From: a bacterium
GTDB taxonomy: Bacteria > Sysuimicrobiota > Sysuimicrobiia > Sysuimicrobiales > Humicultoraceae
Direction of reading: 5' to 3'
Assembly: GCA_031082185.1 (NCBI GenBank)
Contig: JAVHLI010000004.1
Coordinates: forward strand, 11,608-75,607
DNA length: 64,000 nucleotides
Part shown: positions 8,764 to 18,504 of the stretch, in pieces
How the letters are laid out: every line of letters begins with the position of its first letter
Numbering within the stretch: position 1 is the stretch's first letter
The notes under the pieces: model-generated
What the model was told of the DNA's origin: nothing
What the model saw: only the letters and a program-made list of their open reading frames with translations
The model's database searches: none
Position numbers and translations under genes: made by a program

Positions 8764-10170
8764 ATGCGACGCGACCTGCTCGCCCTGGGCCTCTCAACCT
8801 GCCTCCTGCTCGCGGGACGCCTCCCGCCTGCCGACGCGACCGACCATCCTGCCCGGGTACTCGATCTCCGCTGGCACCGGACCGGCGAGGCGACGGGCAT
8901 CACCGTACGGCTCTCCGCGCCTGTGCGCTACCGCGCCGCTGCCTCCTCGACGGTCATCACGCTCGATCTGTGGAAGGCCGCGGGAGAATCAGAGCGCACC
9001 GTCGCCGTCGGAAGTGGCGTCGCGTCCTCGATCAGTCTGCGCCGGCTCACCCCCGAGGTCACGCGACTGACGATCCTCCTGCGTCGGCCGGCCCGGTTCA
9101 AAGTCTTCGCGCGCGACGATCGCCTCGTGGTCACGGTCTTCCCCAGTTGGAAGGGAGCCGTCGCGCTCCCGAAGGGCGTGGCATACAGGTCGCTCCGCGT
9201 CGCCACCGGCGCGGGTCGCGCGCGGGCTCACGTGGTAACGATAGACCCGCGCGCCCCTGGGATCGAGATCAGGTCGGCGCTCGGCGGCGGCGCGGTCGCC
9301 GCGACCGAGACCACCAGCACGGCAGCTACCCGGCTGGAGGCTGCGGCCGCCATCAACGGTAACTACTACTCGCGCGCGGGCCTGCCGCTGGGACTGGTCG
9401 TGCTTGACGGGCGCATCCTGTCGGCACCCCTACCTCGGCGCACGGCCTTTGGCGTGGACGCCGCGGGCCGGCCATGGATCGGCCCCGTGGAGTTCGGCGG
9501 GCGGCTCGTAACCGACACCGGAATGGAGGTCCCGATCTCCGCGGTCAACCGGCCGCCGCGCGCGAGCGGGATCGCTCTGTACACGCCGGAGTTCGGGCCG
9601 CAGACCCCGCCGCAGGCGCTGGTGGCGATCGTGCGCGGTGGCCGGATCGCCGCCTTCAGCAACGGGCGCCCGGCCATCCCTTCCGATGGCTACGCGCTCG
9701 CGGCGGCGGCCTCCCAGCAACACTTCCTGACCAACCTCGTACGGGAGCAGCGCGTCACGGTGCAACTGGCGCTTGAGCCGGGCGGCCTCCGCCACGCCCT
9801 ACAGGGCGGCCCGCGTCTGGTACGGGCCGGGGCGGTCGAGGTCCCATACGCCTGGGAGGGATTCGGCAGGTGGTTCGCCATGGCGCGGACCGCCCGGTCG
9901 GCAATCGGCATCGCGAGGAACGGCACGGTGCTCTTCGTCACGGTAGATCGAAGGGCCGGCCGTCGCGGCCGCCTGGAGAGCACAGGAATGAATCTCTTCG
10001 AGCTGGCGTCGCTGATGCGCTCGCTCGGCGCGCGCGATGCGGTGAACCTGGACGGAGGCGGATCCGCGACGCTCGTGGTGGGCGGACGCGTGGTCAGCGC
10101 TCCACCCCGGGCCGGTGAGCGCCGGGTGTCCGCGATGCTGGTCGCGCGGCACCGAACGGCGGAGCGGTAG
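8764..10170 (+). CDS. Secreted phosphodiester glycosidase family (DUF2233) protein with an N-terminal AMIN-like beta-sandwich domain.
   Basis: A signal peptide MRRDLLALGLSTCLLLAGRLPPADA is followed by a C-terminal AINGNYY...NLDGGGSATLVVGG region. An alternative start is at 8713. Confidence 0.7.
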   Translation: MRRDLLALGLSTCLLLAGRLPPADATDHPARVLDLRWHRTGEATGITVRLSAPVRYRAAASSTVITLDLWKAAGESERTVAVGSGVASSISLRRLTPEVTRLTILLRRPARFKVFARDDRLVVTVFPSWKGAVALPKGVAYRSLRVATGAGRARAHVVTIDPRAPGIEIRSALGGGAVAATETTSTAATRLEAAAAINGNYYSRAGLPLGLVVLDGRILSAPLPRRTAFGVDAAGRPWIGPVEFGGRLVTDTGMEVPISAVNRPPRASGIALYTPEFGPQTPPQALVAIVRGGRIAAFSNGRPAIPSDGYALAAAASQQHFLTNLVREQRVTVQLALEPGGLRHALQGGPRLVRAGAVEVPYAWEGFGRWFAMARTARSAIGIARNGTVLFVTVDRRAGRRGRLESTGMNLFELASLMRSLGARDAVNLDGGGSATLVVGGRVVSAPPRAGERRVSAMLVARHRTAER

Positions 10171-10192
10171 CAGGCAGGCCCGCGAGGAAATC

Positions 10193-11428
10193 CTACAGCC
10201 TGGCGATCCTGGGCGATGCAATCGCCAGCAGGCCGACCAGGACCACAACCACCGCCCCGCCCAGCGCCAGGGTCAGCGGCACGCCTACCACGCCGGCCAG
10301 GGCGCCCAGCGGCAGCGTGCCCAGTGAAAGCATCCCAAACGTGACCATGCCGTAGAGCCCCATTATCCGCCCACGCTGGTCGGGGGCCACGCTGGTCTGC
10401 AACAGCGTGTTGGCCGCGGCCATTGCCACCGCCTGACTGGTGCCGACCAGCACCAACAGCCCCATTGAGGCGGCGAACCACGGTGAGAGCGCGAACAGCA
10501 CCACGATGGCGCCGGTCGCCATCGCCGCCACCACCAGCAGCTTGCCCTTCTGCGCCGCCTCGCCGATCGCGCCCAGCAGGAACACCGCCAGGATGGTGCC
10601 GACTCCGGGCGCGGCCTGCAGCAGGCCCAGCCCGGAGGGGCCGACGCGCAGCACCTCGCGGGCCAGCGTGGGCATCAGGCGGATGTAGGGACGGCCGAAG
10701 AAGTTGATCGCCGCGACGATCCCCAAGATCGCCATCAGGTGCCGGTGGCGGATGAGCAGCCCGATCCCCTGCCGGATATCCTCCCCCACCGATTCTCGCC
10801 TCCAGGCGTTAGCCGGCAGCACGTCCATCAACCAGAGCGCCGTCAGCACGGCGATGTAGCTTGCGGCGTTGGCGAAGAAGCAGCCCGCGACGCCGACCGT
10901 GGCGATCAGCACCCCGGCCAGCGACGGGCCGAAGATGCCGGAGCCGTTGAACGCCATCGTGTTCAAGCTGACCGCCTGCATCAACTGGCGCTCTCCCACC
11001 AGGGACGGTACCAGCGACTGCCTGGCCGGCATATCGAAGGAGTTGGCGAGTGAGTTGAAGGCGCCGATCGCCAGGATCTGCCACACCTGGATGCGCCCCG
11101 AGATCGTCAGCAACCCCAGCAGGGCCGCGGAGATCATCGTGGCGGCGTTCGTCCACAGCAGTATTCGGCGGCGGTCGAAACGATCGGCCGCCACGCCGCC
11201 CAGGAAGGCGAAGAGCAGCCGCGGAACGGCCTGGCTCAGCCCCAGCAGGCCGAGATAGATGGGGTCCTTCGTGATCTGGTCAACCAGATAGCCGAGCGCG
11301 GTGAACTGCATCCACGACCCGGTGTTGGAGACGAGCAGACCGGTCCAGAGCAACCGGAAGTTGCGCTGGCGAAGCGGCGCAAAGACCTCGCGTCTTCCTG
11401 CGGGCCGCACGGCCGCGGAGTCAGACAA
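10193..11428 (-). CDS. MFS transporter.
   Basis: 411 aa with about 12 TM helices. It contains the MFS signature GGVAADRFDRRRILL. Confidence 0.8.
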   Translation of the reverse strand: MSDSAAVRPAGRREVFAPLRQRNFRLLWTGLLVSNTGSWMQFTALGYLVDQITKDPIYLGLLGLSQAVPRLLFAFLGGVAADRFDRRRILLWTNAATMISAALLGLLTISGRIQVWQILAIGAFNSLANSFDMPARQSLVPSLVGERQLMQAVSLNTMAFNGSGIFGPSLAGVLIATVGVAGCFFANAASYIAVLTALWLMDVLPANAWRRESVGEDIRQGIGLLIRHRHLMAILGIVAAINFFGRPYIRLMPTLAREVLRVGPSGLGLLQAAPGVGTILAVFLLGAIGEAAQKGKLLVVAAMATGAIVVLFALSPWFAASMGLLVLVGTSQAVAMAAANTLLQTSVAPDQRGRIMGLYGMVTFGMLSLGTLPLGALAGVVGVPLTLALGGAVVVVLVGLLAIASPRIARL

Positions 11429-11455
11429 CGCGATGGCCCGCCTTGCGGGGCGAGT

Positions 11456-12033
<578 letters not shown>

Positions 12034-12037
<4 letters not shown>

Positions 12038-12675
12038 CCCTCACTCCCCTTCGCCGCGCCCTGACCGACGGCACCCTGGCCGACGGCACCCTGACCCGCT
12101 CCATCTGCCGAGCGCTTCGGGTTACAGAGGCGCATGGCCGCATCCACGCCCTCGACCGCCCACAGTCTCACGCCCTCAGCAGCGAGGGCGACTGCCTCGT
12201 CAATCAGGACGCGCTCGTCTGCACCAGGCCGCTGAAGCACGAACTCCGCCGGATCCTGACCCGCCGGAGGCCGGCCGATGCCCACACGCACGCGGGCGAA
12301 AGCCGTAGTACCCAGGGCTTCGATGATCGAGCGGAGGCCGTTGTGTCCCCCGTGGCTTCCCTTCTCCCGTACCCGCACGGCGCCGACCGGAAGATCGAGG
12401 TCGTCCACGATCACCATCAGGTGCTCCACCGGCACGCGGTGGCGCCGTCGAAGGTCGGCGACGGCCGTACCGCTCACGTTCACGTAGGTCTCCGGCCGGG
12501 CGAGCATCACGCGCCGGCCGCCAATCGTGCCTCGCCCCACCAGCGCCCATCCGTCCTCGGTCGCAATGGAGATGCCGTGGGCGCCGGCGAGCGCCTCCAG
12601 TACTTCCCACCCGGTGTTGTGCCGGGTGCGGCGGTACCGGCGTCCAGGATTGCCCACTCCCACGATCAGTCGCAT
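12034..12675 (-). CDS. pth: Peptidyl-tRNA hydrolase.
   Basis: MRLIVGVGNPGRRYRRTRHNTGWEVLEAL. It has a C-terminal low-complexity tail, GAVGQGAVGQGA. Confidence 0.9.
12046..12105. repeat. About 3 copies of a 15-bp tandem repeat (ccctggccgacggca-like). It encodes the GAVGQ repeats of the pth C-terminus.
   Basis: Seen directly in the sequence at the pth 3' end, next to the start of the downstream gene. Confidence 0.5.
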
Positions 12676-12765
12676 ATGACCTCTCGCATCTGATATGCAA
12701 ACAGGGGCGCCGGGTGGCGCCCCTGCTCAAACTCTGGGGCCAACTCGCCCTGGGCGTCGCGCCGC

Positions 12766-13419
12766 CTACTCCTTCTCGGGAACCGCCTCAGGAACCACAG
12801 CAGCAGGCGCGCCCTCCACTGCGACCGCTGCCACCGGCGCCGCTTCCTCCTGCACGCGGGGTGCGACTATCGTGACGATGACCTCGTCGGGCAGAGTGAG
12901 TAGCGTCACGCCCCCCGGAATCACCAGGTCACTGGCGTGCAGCGAATGCCCTACACCCAGTTCGGTAATGTCCAGATCGAACTGCTCGGGGATGAGCGTC
13001 GGCATGCACTCGACGAGCACGTCCCGGAGGTGGTGCTCCACTATCCCGCCCTCGGCGACACCCTTTGAGGCGCCCCGCAGCATGACCCGCACACGTGTCT
13101 CGATCATCTCGGTGAGAGAGATCGCGAGGAAGTCCACGTGAATGATGTGCTGCTTGAAGACGTCGCGCTGGATCTCCTTGACCATGACCGTTGCCGGCTC
13201 GGCGCCGCCGCCCCCTGTCATGTCGAGATCTATCAGCACGTTGCGCCCGGCGTGGGTCTGCAGCGCCGACGAAATCGCCTTCCCATCCACGGCAACCGGC
13301 ATCGGCTTGCGGCCGCGGCCGTAGACCACGGCCGGGACGAGCCCCTTGCGTCGCAGGCTTCTCGCCACGCCCTTGCCAACACCATCGCGAACCTGTGCAG
13401 ACAGCGCCAACCGCTCCAT
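12766..13419 (-). CDS. rplY: 50S ribosomal protein L25 / general stress protein Ctc.
   Basis: Starts at Met18 (MERLALSAQVRDGVGKG...). Adjacent to pth, as in many Gram-positives. Confidence 0.85.
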   Translation of the reverse strand: MERLALSAQVRDGVGKGVARSLRRKGLVPAVVYGRGRKPMPVAVDGKAISSALQTHAGRNVLIDLDMTGGGGAEPATVMVKEIQRDVFKQHIIHVDFLAISLTEMIETRVRVMLRGASKGVAEGGIVEHHLRDVLVECMPTLIPEQFDLDITELGVGHSLHASDLVIPGGVTLLTLPDEVIVTIVAPRVQEEAAPVAAVAVEGAPAAVVPEAVPEKE

Positions 13420-13540
13420 ACGGGAATCCCTCCAACACACAACAGGCCCCAACCGCCGGGGCCCGAACACCGCCTATTATAACACGCGGGGCCCCTGCCG
13501 CAACCGTCCGGTAACTGACTGTGGTATCCTGATTCAAACC

Positions 13541-14455
13541 ATGCCCGCCATCGAACACCTCGCCGACGACCTGGTCCTGATCGACACCGGCTACTGCCGT
13601 ACTCCCGCAGCGATCGGCGTCTACCTGCTGCTGGGCGAGCGACCGGCCCTGGTCGAGACCGGGCCCGCCTCGACGGTCGAGGCGGTGCTGGAAGGGGTGC
13701 GGGCCGCCGGGCTCGACCCGAGCGACCTGCGGGCGGTCGCGGTCACGCACATCCACCTGGACCACGCGGGCGCGGCAGGGGCGCTGTTACGGCGACTGCC
13801 CCATCTGGACGTGTACGTGCACCCCATCGGCGCGCCGCACCTGGTGGATCCCTCGCGCCTGATCACCAGCGCCCGCCGGCTCTACGGGGATGATCTCGAC
13901 ACGCTCCTGGGCGAACCCGAGCCGGTCCCCGCCGATCGGGTACAGCTCCTTGAGGACGGGGCCCAGATCATGCTTGGATCACGGCGGCTGCGGTCTCTCG
14001 ATACGCCCGGACACGCCCGGCACCACCTGGCGCTCCTGGACGAGTCCTCGGGCGACCTCTTCACCGGAGACGCGGCAGGCATCTGCCTGACGGGATCGCG
14101 CTACGTGCTCCCGCCCACGCCGCCGCCGGAGCTGGACGTACCGACCTGGAACGCGACCCTCGCCCGGCTGCGCGCGCTGCGGCCGCGGCGCCTGCTGCTC
14201 ACGCACTTCGGACCGCATACCTGGTGCGATGAGTTGCTGGCCCAGATGCAGGCGCGCCTTCCCGCTGCTGTGGAGCTCGTGCGTTCGGCGCTGGACTCCG
14301 GCCTGGGCGAGGAGGCGATCGTAGAGCGGCTGCGGGCTACGGGCGCCGGCGCGGCCGCAGCGGACGGACCGAATGCGGCGGGCCGTATGGAAGTCGTCAT
14401 GCCTTCGCGGTTGAACGCGTTAGGGCTGATCCGGTACATCAAGACGGCAGCCTGA
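13541..14455 (+). CDS. Metallo-beta-lactamase fold hydrolase.
   Basis: The HxHxDH motif appears as VTHIHLDHAG. I trimmed the start to MPAIEHL. The stop overlaps the XPB ATG by 1 nt. Confidence 0.8.
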   Translation: MPAIEHLADDLVLIDTGYCRTPAAIGVYLLLGERPALVETGPASTVEAVLEGVRAAGLDPSDLRAVAVTHIHLDHAGAAGALLRRLPHLDVYVHPIGAPHLVDPSRLITSARRLYGDDLDTLLGEPEPVPADRVQLLEDGAQIMLGSRRLRSLDTPGHARHHLALLDESSGDLFTGDAAGICLTGSRYVLPPTPPPELDVPTWNATLARLRALRPRRLLLTHFGPHTWCDELLAQMQARLPAAVELVRSALDSGLGEEAIVERLRATGAGAAAADGPNAAGRMEVVMPSRLNALGLIRYIKTAA

Positions 14456-15933
14456 TGGCGAACCGCGCGGGCCGGCTCCGGTTCGACCGCGGCTCCCTCC
14501 GCCTCGACCTCCCCAAGGCCACCCGGGTGCCGCCCTACCTGATCTGGGACCGGCGCGTGCAGGCGTGGCGCACCGAGGCGGTGCACTACCTGCAGGTTCG
14601 GGAGGACGCGCCGGCCTACCACCTGGACCTATCCGACGAGGCGCCGCGGTTCTTCGACTGCCCGCCGCTGATCCCATCGCTTCCGGCGCTACGGCCCGAC
14701 CAGCAGGCCGCGGTGGAGGCATGGGAGCAAGCTGGAGGCCGGGGGGTCGTGGTCAAGCCCACGGGTACGGGCAAGACCGAGATCGCGCTGGCCCTGATCA
14801 CCCGCCACCGCGTCTCGGCGTTGATCGTCGTGCCGCTGCGCGACCTGATGTACCAGTGGCAGCGCCGGATCAAGCAGGGGTTGGGCTTCGACGCTGGGGT
14901 CCTGGGCGACGGGCGTCACGAGGTTTGGCCGATCACGGTCACCACCTACGACAGCGCCTACATCCACATGAAGGAGATCGGCAACCGGTACCGTCTCATA
15001 GTCTACGACGAGGCGCACCACCTCCCGGGGGTCACCTTCCGCGAGAGCGCGCTGGACTGCCTGGCGCCGATGCGGCTGGGGCTCACCGCTACCCCCCGCC
15101 GTGCCGACGGCCTGGACCGGTTGCTCGACGAGCTGATCGGCCCGATCGTGTACGAAGAACAGATCGCCGACGCAAGGGGGAAGACCCTGGCCGGCTACAG
15201 CATCATCCGCGTGCCGATCGCCCTGACCGAGGACGAGCAGGCCGAGTTCGACGGGCTCTCGCGGCGGATCCGCGCGTACGTCGCCCGCGGCCGTCGGGAA
15301 GGCGCTGCAGGCAGGGCAGCGCGGGACGGGGGCGCCGGAGGCGGGGCTGCGGGCGAGCGAGCCCCGGCGTTCGACTGGACGCATGACCTGGCCAGGCGGT
15401 CGCGCACCGATCCCGAGGCCAAGGCGATCCTGCGCGCCTACCGGAGGAAGTTGACGCTCATCCATCGCTCCGCCGAGAAGTTGCGCGTGGTCGAAGACGT
15501 CCTGCGCCTGCACCCTGCGGATCAGTGCGTGATCTTCACCGCCTCCAACCGAATGGCCCTGGACGTCTCGGCGCGCTTCCTCATCCCGGCGCTCACCGCC
15601 CACTCGGACAAGAAGGAACGGAACGCCGTGCTCGACGCGTTCGCTCGGGGCACGCTGCGTGCGCTCGTCGCCTGTGAGGTCCTCAACGAGGGATGGGACG
15701 CGCCCGCGGTGAAGGTCGGCGTGGTGCTCGGGGGCGAGAAGGGCGCCAAGGAGGCCGTGCAGCGCCTGGGGCGGCTGCTGCGCAGGTCGGGCGACCGCTC
15801 CGCGCGCCTCTACGAGGTCGTGGTGCAGGAGAGCCCCGAGATCACCAGGGCACGGCGCCGGAGCCGGACGGATGCTTACCAAACAGCAACGCGTCTATCG
15901 GTGGATCAGGCCCGGCAGCTCGATCTCTTCTGA
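14455..15933 (+). CDS. XPB/RAD25-like SF2 DNA helicase.
   Basis: Walker A is PTGTGKTEIA, the DEAH box is VYDEAHHLPG, and C-terminal helicase motifs are present. Confidence 0.8.
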   Translation: MANRAGRLRFDRGSLRLDLPKATRVPPYLIWDRRVQAWRTEAVHYLQVREDAPAYHLDLSDEAPRFFDCPPLIPSLPALRPDQQAAVEAWEQAGGRGVVVKPTGTGKTEIALALITRHRVSALIVVPLRDLMYQWQRRIKQGLGFDAGVLGDGRHEVWPITVTTYDSAYIHMKEIGNRYRLIVYDEAHHLPGVTFRESALDCLAPMRLGLTATPRRADGLDRLLDELIGPIVYEEQIADARGKTLAGYSIIRVPIALTEDEQAEFDGLSRRIRAYVARGRREGAAGRAARDGGAGGGAAGERAPAFDWTHDLARRSRTDPEAKAILRAYRRKLTLIHRSAEKLRVVEDVLRLHPADQCVIFTASNRMALDVSARFLIPALTAHSDKKERNAVLDAFARGTLRALVACEVLNEGWDAPAVKVGVVLGGEKGAKEAVQRLGRLLRRSGDRSARLYEVVVQESPEITRARRRSRTDAYQTATRLSVDQARQLDLF

Positions 15934-17062
15934 TCGGCTGGACGACGAGGACCTGCCGCATCTGGCGCGGGCCATCGCCGTCTACCGGCGGTTGGTCGGC
16001 GGCCGGCGGGGACGCGTGCGGGATGCGGCGCGGGGCGCGCTCGGCGGGATCCAGCCTGATCGGGTCGAGGGGATCATCAAGCTCCTGGACGATGTGGCCA
16101 CCTACGAGTGGCCCCGCGGCTCGCGGCAGGCCGAAGTGCGGGTGCGGGTGTTCGAGACGGCGGCCCGGAATCACCCGGTACTCGAACGCGACCATGCCCG
16201 GGACCTGCTGGCGGCAGGGCTCAACCCGGCGCCCCACCGCCCCGAGGATGCCGTGCCCCTCCTCTACGCCGACTACCCGGAGTTCCACCGGATGAGCGCC
16301 TTCCCCCTCGACTACGCCGCCGGCGACCTCCGTGCCGACTACGATCTCGCCCAGGCCCAGGCGCTGCTCTACGACGCGGTCCGGATCACGGTTGAAGCCC
16401 GGCGCGACTTCAGGCACATCGTCCAGTACGCGCGTCTCTCGCGCCTGCTGCACCGGGGCGAGCGGGTGCGCGGCGGAGCATACCGGTTGGTCTTCGACGG
16501 ACCCAACTCGATCCTCCGGTACACCCACGCCTACGGGGTTGACTTCGCGAAGTTCCTGGCAGCGCTCGTCCAGGCCCGAGGCTGGACCCTGACCGCCGAG
16601 GTCGTGATGCGCAAGGGGTGGCGGCCGGTTCTGTTCGCGCTCTCGGACGCCGACGGCCTGCGCTCGCGGGTGCCTGTCCCGGCGCTGTTCGACTCGCGCC
16701 TGGAGGAGACTTTCGCGCGCAAGTTCGGTCCCGAGCGCGACGGCTGGCGACTCGGCCGGGAAGCGCTCATCCTCGAGGCGGGCGAGGCGCTGGTGGTGCC
16801 GGACTTCGTCTTCACCCACGAGGATGGAACCGAGGTGGCCTTGGAGATCGTCGGGTACTGGACCCCACAGTACCTCAAGACGAAGCTCGATAAGCTCGCC
16901 GCGGTGCGGGGGCCGAACCTGATCGTAGCCGTCCGGAAGGCGATGGCCGTGGCGGCTGGGAGTCTTCCGGCGACGGTGTTGCCGTTCTCGAGCGGGATCC
17001 TGCTGCGGGACCTCATGCCCCGGCTGGAGGCGTTCCGGCCAACCCGAAGGAGGGGTGGATGA
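15872..17062 (+). CDS. DUF790 / Bax1-like nuclease partner of XPB.
   Basis: 396 aa, lying immediately 3' of the XPB gene (a 62-nt overlap if the ATG at 15872 is used). This is the canonical XPB-Bax1 genomic pairing. Confidence 0.6.
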   Translation: MLTKQQRVYRWIRPGSSISSDRLDDEDLPHLARAIAVYRRLVGGRRGRVRDAARGALGGIQPDRVEGIIKLLDDVATYEWPRGSRQAEVRVRVFETAARNHPVLERDHARDLLAAGLNPAPHRPEDAVPLLYADYPEFHRMSAFPLDYAAGDLRADYDLAQAQALLYDAVRITVEARRDFRHIVQYARLSRLLHRGERVRGGAYRLVFDGPNSILRYTHAYGVDFAKFLAALVQARGWTLTAEVVMRKGWRPVLFALSDADGLRSRVPVPALFDSRLEETFARKFGPERDGWRLGREALILEAGEALVVPDFVFTHEDGTEVALEIVGYWTPQYLKTKLDKLAAVRGPNLIVAVRKAMAVAAGSLPATVLPFSSGILLRDLMPRLEAFRPTRRRGG

Positions 17063-18006
17063 CCGTGGCACCACGGGTCACCGTCGTGGGCAGCCTCAAC
17101 ACCGACCTTGTGGTCAGGGCGCCGAAGCTGCCCGAGCGCGGCGAGACGGTGATGGACGGCTCGTTCGCCGTCTTCTCGGGAGGCAAGGGTGCCAACCAGG
17201 CCGTGGCCGCAGCCAGGCTGGGAGCGAGCGTGGTAATGGTCGGCCGCGTTGGGGACGACCCCTTCGGCGCGCAGATGCGTGCCGGCCTGGAGCAGGAAGG
17301 CATTGATGCTGCGCACGTGCGCGCAACCAAGGGCACCGCATCGGGTGTCGCGCTCATCACAGTAGATCTCGCCGGTCACAACACCATCGTCGTGGCCTCA
17401 GGGGCCAACATGCGCCTGACGATCGCGGACGTGGATGCCGCTGCTGAGGTAATCGCAGAGAGCCAGGTCCTGCTGCTGCAGTTCGAGGTGCCGACGGAGG
17501 TGGTGGCACACGCTGCGGCCCTGGCAAAGCGCAGCGGCTGCCGTGTCGTGCTGGACCCGGCGCCCGCACCGGCGGACGGGTCGCTGCCCGAAGGCCTGTA
17601 CCGGAGTCTTTTCGTAATAAACCCCAACGAGGTTGAAGCCCGGGCGCTCACCGGAATCGCGGTGGCCAACGATCAGGGCGCGGCCGCTGCTGCAGACCGC
17701 CTCTTGGAGCTAGGATGCCAGGCAGCGGTCATCAAGCGCGGCGTGCAGGGTGCCTTCTTGGCGGTGGACGCGACGCGTGAAGCAGTACCGGGGATTCCAG
17801 TCAAGGCCGTGGACTCAACCGCCGCGGGTGATGCGTTCGCCGGAGCGCTGGCGGTGGCGCTGGCCGAAGGCAGGAGCCTAGCCGAGGCGGTCCGGTTCGC
17901 GAACGCCGCAGGCGCGATGTCGGTGACCCGGATGGGTGCGCAGCCCTCGATGCCACGGCGGGAGGAGTTGTTGGAGTTCGCCCGGTCACGCGGGCTTGGG
18001 CTCTGA
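17059..18006 (+). CDS. rbsK: Ribokinase.
   Basis: VVGSLNTDLV, GGKGANQA and a C-terminal DSTAAGDAF are present. Confidence 0.85.
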   Translation: MTVAPRVTVVGSLNTDLVVRAPKLPERGETVMDGSFAVFSGGKGANQAVAAARLGASVVMVGRVGDDPFGAQMRAGLEQEGIDAAHVRATKGTASGVALITVDLAGHNTIVVASGANMRLTIADVDAAAEVIAESQVLLLQFEVPTEVVAHAAALAKRSGCRVVLDPAPAPADGSLPEGLYRSLFVINPNEVEARALTGIAVANDQGAAAAADRLLELGCQAAVIKRGVQGAFLAVDATREAVPGIPVKAVDSTAAGDAFAGALAVALAEGRSLAEAVRFANAAGAMSVTRMGAQPSMPRREELLEFARSRGLGL

Positions 18007-18504
18007 GCCGCCCCCGGCCGCGTGCGCGCGCCGGGCCTCGCTGACCATCCGCCGCGCGTCCTCTGCCCCGGCCCAGCCGTGGATCTCCACCGGCTTCTGC
18101 TCGAGCGTCTTGTAGACCGTAAAGAAGTGCTGCACCTCCTTGAGGAAGTGCGGTGGCACGTGCTCCAGTTCGGTCACGCCGTCGAAGCGCGGATCGCCCA
18201 CGGGCACGGCCAGCACCTTCTGGTCGTGCCCCTTCTCGTCGTGCATGTCCAGCACGCCGATGGGGCGCACCTCCACCAGGCAGCCAGGGAACGTGGGCTC
18301 GTAGGTGAAGATCAGCACGTCCAGGTGGTCGCCGTCGTCGGCCAGGGTGTCTGTGATGAACCCGTAGTCGGCCGGGTAGTGCAGCGGCGAGTAGAGCACC
18401 CGGTCGAGCCGGATCCCGCCGCGGATAGGGTCCAGTTCGTACTTGTTTCGGCTGCCCCGCGGCACCTCGACGAAGGCCAGCACGGTCACAGCCCGTTCGG
18501 TCAT
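17986..18504 (-). CDS. ppa: Inorganic pyrophosphatase.
   Basis: Starts at Met116 of ORF 17986..18849 (MTERAVTVLAFVEVPRGSRNKYE...). GGAGGGAG lies 6 nt upstream. The extended N-terminal 115 codons are a GC artefact. Confidence 0.9.
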   Translation of the reverse strand: MTERAVTVLAFVEVPRGSRNKYELDPIRGGIRLDRVLYSPLHYPADYGFITDTLADDGDHLDVLIFTYEPTFPGCLVEVRPIGVLDMHDEKGHDQKVLAVPVGDPRFDGVTELEHVPPHFLKEVQHFFTVYKTLEQKPVEIHGWAGAEDARRMVSEARRAHAAGGGSEPKPA

